From Trichoplax sp. H2 (lineage: Eukaryota), in the NCBI GenBank assembly GCA_003344405.1, contig NOWV01000019.1, forward strand, positions 434,001 to 498,000: a stretch of 64,000 nucleotides of DNA, in the 5' to 3' direction. Both the position numbers and the translations under genes were made by a program. Of this stretch, positions 32,051 to 42,600 are shown one piece after another. The notes beneath the pieces are model-generated. The model saw only the letters and a program-made list of their open reading frames with translations, was not told where the DNA came from and did no database searches. The number at the start of each line of letters is the position of its first letter. The first letter of the stretch is position 1.

Positions 32051-32625
32051 CTAGTGTAGAGGATCATGTTTCGACACAGTCTTGCCATACAAAACGCTCG
32101 CTTAGAATGCACGCAAACATGATATCTTACCCTATAGAAATCCTTGTACGCTTTGGGTCACCATACGAGTGTGTCGTGTGCTATTTTCCACGTATCTGAT
32201 ACGCTCAGCTGTTGTATCTCGCAAACATGACATCGTACTCTATAGATATTCTTATAGCGTCTGGGAAAGTGCAGCACGGTATTGGTTGATCTAGCTAGGC
32301 CTGCGCAGTAACGACAGAAAAAAAGAGTAAGTGGCTGCAACTTGCAAGCTGCAGCTACGAGCTCACGTCGATGAATGGTGGGAGTAGAACAACATGCAGA
32401 ACAGTGATTCAGGTTGAATTGAGCTAACTTTGAATTAGTGAAGACATTGATTATCCAAGTTCGATGCTGGAATAGGGTAGCATGGCTTAATGAACCATCT
32501 GAACACGTCGTATTCTCGCTAATAGAAACTCTTGATTGAAAGGTTTTGCAGTTGGTTGACTGGCTATTTATTAAGTTATTATCAATAATTGCTTTACTGA
32601 CGCTGAACTGGATTGAGTAGGTAAC

Positions 32626-34252
32626 ATGGCTTGTCATCCAAATAGTCAAATGGTAGTTCATCAGGTGGAAAAGATAAACGGTGATATAAACCATCAGAAA
32701 TTTATTCAAGATATTTATCCTCAAAGGAAACCCTTCCTTATTTCTGGACATGATTTAGGACCTTGCATGCATAAATGGAATGCAGACTATTTAGCTGACG
32801 TGGGTGGCCAGCAAATGGTCAAATTACATGTTGCTACGCAGGATAAAATGAATTTTATTACCAAGAATTTTAGCTACAAGTAAGAAATGGAATACTCATC
32901 CAATGAATCCATTACTCGTCAATGCTATTTTAAGGTTATTGCATGTTATATTCAAGGACGTTGCCTTTTAAGGAATTCATCCGAAGGGCTTCTGCTACTG
33001 AAAACCAACATTACTTTTTTCAGCCGGTTTGTTCTTTTGCAAAGTTATAAATAAACCCGATATTTGTATCAATAATAATGTATACTGTATACGAGTATAG
33101 AATACCAGCTTGTACAATGTACAGTATAGGAATAGAGCAAAATTGTGAAAAAGTGACGTTAATTCATTATACTTTTATTGATACAGAAAGAAAAATATTA
33201 CTTACGTTCATTGGGAAATGATCCTAGAAAGGTAGTTGATGATTTTATACTTATCTATTTGGTAGCTGCTTAGCTAAGGATGCTAATATTAATTTTGGCT
33301 AATAAATATCATTAATAGGAGATTGCAAATTTTATGGAACAATTTCCAGCACTAGTGGATGACATCAATCTTCCTCAATATTATGAATCGTCAGCTTTCT
33401 TTTCTAGTGTTCTACGAATTAGTTCTGGTAATTTACAAATTTGGACACACTATGATGTAAGTATTACACTCGAAGTGACATGTCATACGATAAACCTGAT
33501 GCAGATCGTTTCTTTATTGCTTTATGAAAATTTCAAAATAGTTCCAAGGCGTGAGTTAAATTGAGCGATGACTATGGTACATTAATTATGATGAAGTATT
33601 GAAACTCTTATGGTAGTAGATGGTAGCCATTGCAGTAAATTGCAGACATTGACCGTAACTTATATACTGTATGCATCTATAGATAATTTTTCGTTAGAAT
33701 TTGCCATGATAAATCAGTGTTGACTACTAACAACCTTTAATGAATTAAGGCTTACTTGCTAAGCAAGACTACCATTTGATACCATTAATGTGCTGCTAGG
33801 TCATGGATAATACACTAATACAAATAACTGGCCGAAAGCGAGTTGTTTTATTTAGTCCTCAAGACGCGTCAAATCTTTATCTCCAAGGCGATAAATCAGC
33901 TATAGTGGATATTGATAATCCTGATTTACAAAAGTATCCTAAATTTGCATCAGTTACGAGATATGAATGTGTCCTTGAGCCAGGTGACATTTTATTCATA
34001 CCAGCAATGTGGTTTCACAATTGTGGAGCGTTGGATTTTAGTATTGGTATTAATGTATTTTGGAGACATCTCGACTGTTCTTATTACGACTCACGCGATA
34101 CATATGGCAACAAGGACTTACTACCGGCAGCTAGGGCTAACCAAATTCTCGATCGAGCCATTAAAGCTTTAGGGGAGCTACCTGACGATTACAAAGACTT
34201 TTATGCTCGCCGCTTGGTGTCTAAAATAGAAAATTTGTGCTATCTTAAATAA
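32626..34252 (+). CDS. TYW5: tRNA wybutosine-synthesizing protein 5 (JmjC hydroxylase); 5 exons
   Basis: KWNADYL...[57 protein letters not shown] (HxD), [16 protein letters not shown] (distal His) and DTYGNKD...DFYARRL match TYW5 family motifs. Confidence 0.95.
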
Positions 34253-35011
34253 AATGCACTATGTAAAATACTTTTATTAAAAGTATGAAGAGAATGTATC
34301 TTTATTATAAGATTCTAACAATCACCATTGAAAGCTTTATTCATAGGTTAGAAAGACACACTATGACTAACGCGGTAAGAGCATGCCTTTATATTCTTCT
34401 ATGCCTATTTGACGATTACGTATGTTTCATAATTATTGATTTACTTCTATAACATGTCTGATTTTAAAGATATAAACTGGTATGAATAACCTATGAAATG
34501 AAGGATTAAAATGATTAAACATTGACAGTACTTGCTATATCTTGTGTCCAAGGTCTAGTGCCTTACCGCACTTTGCGGGTTACAATTTATAACGATATAC
34601 TCGTGCAGTACTATATAATACAAAGCTTGGTGCAGCAGGCTCGATAATCAAAAATTAGCCTAACATCTCAATAGTCTTTTGATTTTTCACCTCAAAGGAT
34701 GAAATAATTCAGTTTTCAACAATCCTACAACTTGATCACAATCTCAGCAAAGTAGTACGTATAGTAGAAGAATTCTTATACGTGGTTATTTCATGAGAAT
34801 AAACCTTGCAAATTTATTTTGACTTATAAATAAGCATCAGCTTGATTTTAAACATTAAAAATAGAATGAGAAAGAATAGACATGACTGTCAGAAGACTAA
34901 ATAAAATGAAATATGTCGAGGGTAATGTAGCATCAATTATAATTATAAATCAGTTCATCAAGGCTTTCTTTCGGGTTTTATTGTCTCAATTATCCAACCT
35001 TAAGTCATGCT

Positions 35012-38000
35012 CTAAGTAAAATTACTATTGAGATAAAATATATTCGATCCATTTACAGAATGTCCATTAAAGTCAGATGAAAATTCCATTTGGATATCTA
35101 TACATCTGCAAAGTAGATCATTGAAAAAAGTATAAAAAAGATGATGCAAAATTAGACCTAGGACTATCAATATCCTGAAACTGGGTCCAATGTTAATCAA
35201 AACATATCGGGGAATAGTCGCTACTAGAATAACATAATACCCTTTAAATGCTAGAAGTTATCGTATAATCATATGAATAAATTATTTCTATTTAGGCCAC
35301 GTTCTTACAGATTTTAGGCCGTCTTTACTGACCTGTCACTTTCTTCACTCTCTACTATTTTTATATTGCCCTTGATTACTTGATCTTGCTCAACATTGAA
35401 AGGGTCCTTTAGGTACATCACTGATTGGCACCAATGCGTGGGCCTATGAATACAATAATTATCAAGTTAAAAACGATCAATAAAGGCATATCAATTGATA
35501 CACCAATCATCATAAATTGCTTCTTTAACAATAACGTCAAATAATCCAGATATGTTCTTACGGGGAAAATGGAGAAGTACTTAGCAACACGTTACTTCCA
35601 TCACAAATTTCAAAAGAAACATTAAACCATAACGTAAAGCCATGTACCAGCGCTCGGCCCATCGCTATTAACGAAAATGGTTGCTATTTGGCCACGAGCA
35701 ATAAAAACTGGTTAAGTAACCAAGTGTACCTGATTCCTTTGTCTACGCAACGAGTTATAGCTAACTTAATTGTTATGATGACAGTCATACCTCTATTCGC
35801 TTCAAGTCTGCTTCACAGACTTGTTTAATGGATAGTGAATATATACAGGTTTCGGGAGCTATAACATTTTCAGTAGTTAACTGACATAAGCAGACGTTTT
35901 CTACATCAAGTACGAGATAATCGATCAAAAATCATTAGAGTTGGCAGAGAGTGTCAATGATAAAGTACGGTTAATATCTGATTTAGTTGATAAATAACTT
36001 TAGTCCATCATTTCGGTGGTTATCTATTTCCTGACTTACTAAAAGCTTCTTGTTTTGCCAATGGTACGATTGTATCCATAGATACACCATATTTATCTTT
36101 TATGCTATACCAGAAATTATGTCTACAGCAAAATGTAATTGAATATAGGACGTCTGACAACCTGCAAGCATAACTGTATGCGTGGCTATAGCTTAATTAA
36201 TGATTACTACTACCTTTCTTCGTAGTCTTCATCATAACTGATCGGGGCAAGATAAATTTCAGCACATGAAGGCAAGATTATGCCATCCTAAATTGTAAAT
36301 GATGAGTAAAGACTACATAAAATAATGTATCATATTCCTATAAATTGTTAATAATTATATTAGCAACTTATCGACAAATAAAGTACTGATCAATAAATAT
36401 TTAATACAGGATGAAGTGATTGTATTACCTCTTTAAGCCATTTATCTCTTGCATAAATAACTGACTTTAGCATCCCTTCGAATAGTAAGCTGTAACCCTT
36501 AATAATGTTACATCGATGATATTGAAAGCATTACAAAAGCTGTACTGTTTATCTTACAGTGTACTCAATTAATGCTACAGAATACTTGATATTACCATCC
36601 ATTCGCTAACAATGACGTCTACTTTTTCAGGTAGTTCAATATTCTATTTTACGTAAAATAAGAAATTCCATAAGACCATGGTTATAAATTTATTAATTTA
36701 TTCTTGAGGCACTGGAGCTCTATAGCCTGTATCACGATGTCATCGTGATGTTGTAAAACGTACCTCAACCAGATCGTTAATGACGGATATCTTATCTTGA
36801 GCATTATTTGCTAATGCAACCTTCTTTGCCTGTTCGGCTATTGCGCTCGCTTCAACGGCATACACTAAATACAATTAAAAGTAGTATTAACTTGAAGTTA
36901 TTACTCGTAGATTCATCATTATAATGAGAAACAATAACGAATCTTGCGTGTTATAATCACGTTCTCATATGTACATTAGTATTTGCGTCACTAGTCACTT
37001 TTATTAAATGACGCTTGTATCGTTATGTTGAGATTGAGTAAGAGAGCATCAAATATTCCTAACCTTTGCGAGCTCCAGCTTCAACACAAAAATGACTTAA
37101 AATACCTAATATAGGAAGTCAATTAATCATGTTCTTTTTAATTCACCGTAATATCAAAGTCAATTTACTTATTAATAAAAATCCGTACCTGTACCAGCTC
37201 CAACATCAAGGACTACTTTATTTCGTATACGATTAGCATTCTTTAATATTGCAAGCCTATAGAAAGGAATGCATGCCAGTGATATTGAGGAAGTGCTTGC
37301 ATGTTTAATGTAGATTAAGATAGAAGATCTTATCAAGCAAAGGTTTGAAATTTTTATGATACCGATAGGTTTTAGTTCTGATCTCATCACTTAGCATTTC
37401 TTGGTGCACATCCAAATGGGCGTAGGCACTGAAATGTGTATAAATAAGTTTATATAAGAGTGCGATTAATCCGTCCATACTATCTATTAATCAATTGTTA
37501 ATTGAAAGAAGGTTGTTATTCATCAGCTGTTTAATCAGTCATTTCGATTGACATGCGAAAGGGTAATACACTACAGTACTTTAGTTAGCATTAGTATCGC
37601 CATCAAGTAGGCTGCCAAAAGTGGCATACTGCCAATTCAAGTCTTACCGGAAGTAATCTTCATCCTTGGTTCTTTGATGGTACCATCGATTCATGGATAG
37701 TCATTGCCATTAGTTAATCATAGAAGAATTGGAGAAGATAGCGATCATGTAATTTATATGTAATGCACTTACAAAGTTAGTCTGTGATTTAATCCACTTT
37801 AAATTCTGCCTAGTCTTATTTGCATCATCCAACAAAATGTTTTTATTCTACTGTAAGTCAGTATGTACACTATCACTCCAACAATTGCTCGTATACTGTA
37901 ATAAGAATTGGATAGTCATCGCGTTCATTCTGCTGTAATTCCTGCAGCCTGAACACCGTTATAACTCCATTAGTCGATGTACTAAGAAATTTTATCTAGC

Positions 38001-38073
38001 CAAGCACTTCAAAATCTATCATCGCAATGCTGCATTGTTACCCTGTTCTCTTTCGTTTAGAATTGCTGGACAT
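35012..38073 (-). CDS. PRMT6: Type I protein arginine N-methyltransferase, most like PRMT6; multi-exon
   Basis: Spliced translation gives DYFRAYAHLDVHQEML, VVLDVGAGTGILS, VYAVEAS, EKVDVIVSEWMGYSLLFE (double-E loop), ARDKWL, FWYSIKDKYGVSM, GFTLWFNVSF and PTHWCQ (THW loop). Stop at 35012-35014. The start is uncertain: MSSNSKRKR at 38073 or ATG at 37694. Subfamily assignment is by eye. Confidence 0.85.
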
Positions 38074-38937
38074 GCTGGATTCTTGCGTTGGCAATGGATA
38101 AATGGGAATAGCACTGTATGTGAGCAACGATTTCCACGTTTTTTAATTAATTTAACGGTAAATAATCCTGTTGCAGGTTTGTTCCTTTATCTATGGTAGG
38201 TCTATAAGAAAATTGGAATAAATTGTGCAAATGTACAAAGTTAGTCGAGTTGCTACATGATTCACTTTACTTAAGCAGCTACATCATTTTAACAATCAAC
38301 GACCACTAGCATAGCCTGATCTCGAGCAGCCATGCAAGCAGTGCAGCAGCAGCTAATCGATAATTTGCCAACACGAGGTCCTGTCCTCGTACGTACGTCG
38401 TACAGTATTTGTAGCTTAATTTCTTATTGCACAATTGACTTTATAACACATACCAGGCTTGCAGCTGTTTCTCGTGCACAAGCTGCAGCTATGTCGACAA
38501 TTTTAGCTCGCTTCGCTAACTCCGTTACCAGTACTCTTAGCAGGAAACTGCAGCTCTAAGTAGCAATCGCTTATAAGTTAGCAACTTGATGTCATTGATC
38601 GCTCGCAAGCGTCAGTCTAAAAACACTCGTAACTGCGACCGGCTTGCCACCAAAGTTTTGAAGGCTGTCTCCTTCCGTCCTTCTGACCTATGCCTAGGGC
38701 CAGGGACACCAATAGTACGTTAGTAATATACCGCACTAGAAATGGCCGCCCAGAGCGAGAAGAATGATCGGGCTAATCATTTTTTCGCCCATTCTGCTAC
38801 ACGCTAGCATGAAACAATATAGCACCCTACGCAAAACTAACGTAGCAGCTAATTTTGGACGATAGAACTGTTGTATAGAAGTAGTGAGTCGGAGTAAATA
38901 CGAATAAATCAACCTTTAATTAATCTCCATTCACTTG

Positions 38938-38985
38938 TCGAACTGACTTTATTATGAGTTATAACTCATAATAAAGTTAGTTCGA
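38938..38985. repeat. 48-bp near-perfect spacerless palindrome
   Basis: tcgaactgactttattatgagtta|taactcataataaagttagttcga: 24-bp arms with a single mismatch. Confidence 0.9.
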
Positions 38986-39264
38986 ATAGAAGAAGACATA
39001 GTCGGCCTTATTACAACAGGATTAAATGAACTGTAAATAAATTCAATAAAATTGTTATTTAACAATCATTGCTACTCCGATGCTATCAATTTTGATCGAT
39101 ATTCGGCACAACAGTGTATTATACTGCATAATCGTCGACACTCGATAGCATAAAATAGAAAAGTCAGGCCCTCATGATGGCATCCTCATAACCCAGCCAG
39201 CATTCCATTCCCTCTCTTACTTCCTTAGAACTGGTCCAGTAATCCTAACTGGGTCCTGATCAAT

Positions 39265-39420
39265 ATACTGTACTGTACACTGTACAGTTCCGGGAATCGG
39301 TAGTCGGTCCAGACGTCCAGTACCGTACAGTGTACAGTGTACACTGCACAGTACTGTAGTATCAGTACCAGGGTGATAGGCGAAGACAAGGGCTTGAAAC
39401 AATTTTCTTCTACAGTACTG
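39265..39420. repeat. Cluster of ACTGTA/TACAGT motifs containing a 14-bp perfect inverted repeat
   Basis: actgtacactgtac (39272-39285) and gtacagtgtacagt (39325-39338), with further imperfect pairing inward. Confidence 0.75.
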
Positions 39421-39964
39421 TAATAAGGAAGAATGCTGAAACCGTATATCATACACCATACTGTAGCATAGAAAACTAAGGCTTGGAGGACAACATGGCG
39501 AAAGCAACCCGGCGCAAGTATCTCCTATCCCATGGCTGTTATGTTCATGGTAGAAGCTAAGCACGAGGAAGAGAGTTTGCAAAGAGATTTGCTTTCGAAT
39601 TGATGTTGTTACTCGTTGGTAACTTCTATACCCTAACTAATAAACTGAATATATAGCCAGATCGAAAGTCTGTTTTATTATTAATTACTACATCCTTGTT
39701 TGACAAAGTCGAACCTCGCTCGACACGGCACTTGACAAACATTGGAATGTACAGAAATGCCGCAAATTAGAGATAGACGGTATAGTATTATTCCATGCTT
39801 ATTCCTTTTAGAGTTCAGTAAACAGAAATAAGAACTTGATTTCCAATTCTTGAATTTCAGCAAGTTTGCAAAATAGTATAGAGGCAAGGTTATGGCTCAT
39901 CTTGTATTGCAGACTGCCGGATAAAAAATAAAAGCGAACTACTGATTGAACGTAGCAGTAACAT

Positions 39965-40299
39965 GAACTCCTAGAAGGAGACCTGGATAGGAAACTATTC
40001 GAACGATCGGACTTTTCTTATAACATAAGGCAAAATTGCCGAAAAATAGTTACTGATCATTATGGATCTTCTATATCTGTTTTCTAAATTACTCTTGCCG
40101 GAATACCGATCGCGGTTCACAGCTGAATGTAGTCCTAGAACTCCTAGAGGGAGACCTGAATAGGAAACTATTCGAACGATCGGACTTTTCTTATAACATA
40201 AGGCAAAAATTGCCGGAAAATAGTTACTGATCATTATGGATCTTCTATATCTGTTTTCTAAATCACTCTTACCGGAATACCGATCGCGGTTCACAGCTG
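39965..40299. repeat. Recent tandem duplication, two copies, period ~173 bp
   Basis: 39965-40125 and 40138-40299 are nearly identical (gaactcctaga...cgatcgcggttcacagctg), with a few substitutions and one 1-bp indel. Confidence 0.95.
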
Positions 40300-41581
40300 C
40301 ATTTAGTCATGCTTAAGCTGTAGTCTGTAACACAGCCACTGTAGTAATATTAGCATTTTCGAAATGAAAGAACAAGCGCTAGTAGAGGTAAAAAAAAGAG
40401 AAAGAGTTGTCCACCCTATTTCAACATATTGTAGACCCTGGCTCACATGTACAGTAGAGAGAATAGAAAAGGAAAGCCGATATTACAGCTCACAACGGGA
40501 CCGACCACAAAGTCGAATTTACTTTAACCTTGCTATCGTTCACATTCCAAAATAAATCACTTTTTCTCCTAATAGTAAAATATATCATTGTCTATTCTTT
40601 TCTACAAGGTAAAACTAAACTGCCATTCCATCACCCTATTTATCCATTCCCAATAGCGTCATTCACGGTATTCCATTACAGGTTATAAAATAAGGCGCCG
40701 AGTTATTTGAGCATAGCGCCTTCAAACTATGATTTGATCATCATCATTAAAAAGCAAAATCAGCGATAGGATATTAAAGATGATCAATGGTAATCTTAAT
40801 TCCTATCGTGCCACGATATTCAGTGAGACAGTATTGCAATGAGTTTATTATTGATGTTGACTGTGCTAATCAATGACTTTGGGACATTAGCAGTATTTAT
40901 TTCCGCCATGTTCAGACGGTGATCATGATGCCTTTATTATCTATGATTCTTTCTGGACAGTAGAAGATATGGGATTGTATTACGGCTTCTTTCGCTTTGG
41001 AAAGACTTTCTTTATTGCTTGGCCTAGTTGAACAAATCATTTTCTGTTTTATTTCCGTCTAGAATGTTGCACATGTGCGCTCTTTCTCATCATTGTAGAA
41101 CTATTTCCATTTTCTCTATAGTATTGTTTACTAGAATGAACAATACTAGTTATTTTAGTTATTTTTGTTTGCTTATTTCCAATGCATTGAATCAAAAATT
41201 CAATGAAAATTGTCGTCAATCATTCAACGATTACAATGAGTACCGCCATAGCCTCTAGCTTTCTATTGGAAATATTTTATTATTGATGATTGTTGCTGCC
41301 GATATACGAGTATATTAGACCAATGACTCCATCGCCGATTACTATCGTGAATTATTTATTACTTTTTTTCCCTATTTGATTTAGCTTACAAAAATGATCG
41401 AAAGACTAATACTGGCTTTCTTGTACTGCATGCAAGATCAAAATGTTCCATAATCGATTTCATGCAAGCGTGAATGGATCAGTTTCTCACTTTCCTGACC
41501 TATTTCAATTATCCTTTTAATAGGCAGTACGAGTATATTGTAAGCATGCATGCAAAACGAATAGCCGAAATAAAACAATGG

Positions 41582-42031
41582 CAATATAAATTTAGATAGA
41601 ATGCGAGCAATAACTCATTTTACTCATTTTAATAAGGTCCTGTCAAAATATTCATATAATAACTACAGTAGTATTTCTTGTAAAAGTTTATTTTATTGCA
41701 TATAATTATATGCACTGCCTTAAAAAGACTGCAATACATACTAAAATGTTATCTAGAAATAGCTCGATTTTAGTCCAGCATGATCACTTTCTCTACCCTA
41801 TTTTAATTATCGCTGTCATTTATATTTTAAGGGTGCATGCAAGACCAATAATCTAAATAAATCGATTACAATATAAATTTAAATGTAATTGAAGCAATAC
41901 ATCATTTTACTCATTGCGATAAAGCCCTGCCATAATATTCAAACAAGAACTGCTATTTCTAGTAAAATTTCACTTTATTGCATAGTCATTATCGCAAAAG
42001 ACTACAACACATACTGTAAATATCATTAAGG
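41582..42031. repeat. Diverged direct repeat, two copies of ~170 bp (about 41582-41759 and 41869-42031)
   Basis: Shared caatataaattta, tcattttactcatt, tttattgcata and aaaagact-caa-acatact blocks. Confidence 0.8.
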
Positions 42032-42035
42032 ACTA

Positions 42036-42600
42036 GATACTGGTACTTGACAATCCAACCTTCAACTACTTTCATTAAAATCTTATTACTTTAATCTTCA
42101 GCTAAGATACTAGCCGATATGACAATCCAGCATTCAACTGCTTTGGTTAAAATGTGCAATTACTTCAATCTTTAGCAAAGATACTAGCCAGATAGGACAA
42201 TCTAATGTTCAGCTGCTTTGATTCAAATCAGATTACTTTAATTTTTAGAGAAGATACTAGCACGATATGACAATCCAGCGTTCAATTACTTTCGTTATAA
42301 TCTTATTACTTGAATCTTGAGTGAAGACGCTAGCACAATATGACAATCCAGCGTTTAGCTACTTTTGTTGAAATCTTATTACTTTAATCTTCAGCTAATT
42401 ACAACTGCACTACACTCGTTTCCAATGGTAGATTAGAATAATTATAAATTGGTATTCCCAAAATATCATCTACGAATTGATGCTAGCACAATAAGCCAAT
42501 CTAAAGTTCAACTGTTATGACAAATCTTATCGTTTCGATCTTGAGCTAAGTTGGGCTGCACTACACCCATTTTCAATAGTGGACTAAAGTAATTAAAAGA
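42036..42600. repeat. Degenerate minisatellite, about 6 units of 70-74 bp
   Basis: Recurring gatactagc...gacaatccagc-ttcaact-cttt...aatcttattactttaatctt-agctaa units starting near 42036, 42106, 42180, 42254, 42325 and 42479. Confidence 0.9.

Noticed and set aside
32131..32241. In-frame TGA (32158-32160, minus strand) in ...HDTLVW*PKAYKDFYR upstream of the PH-like exons, suggesting selenocysteine or readthrough
   Set aside because: No SECIS was identified, there is no resemblance to a known selenoprotein or redox motif, and a UTR exon or different acceptor explains it more simply.
32158..32751. 197-aa minus-strand ORF overlapping the TYW5 start
   Set aside because: Antisense to TYW5 exon 1 and its promoter, with no recognisable domain; probably a chance ORF.
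39561..39576. cacgaggaagagag resembles part of vertebrate U3 snoRNA
   Set aside because: No box A/A', B, C or D context is visible around it; a short chance match.
39217..40294. ORFs 39217-39582, 39225-39452 and 39995-40294
   Set aside because: Products of the low-complexity ACTGTA cluster and the tandem duplication; no protein-like features.
42036..42600. Regularly spaced repeats considered as a CRISPR-like array
   Set aside because: Whole units are homologous with no unique spacers, there are no cas genes, and the context is eukaryotic.
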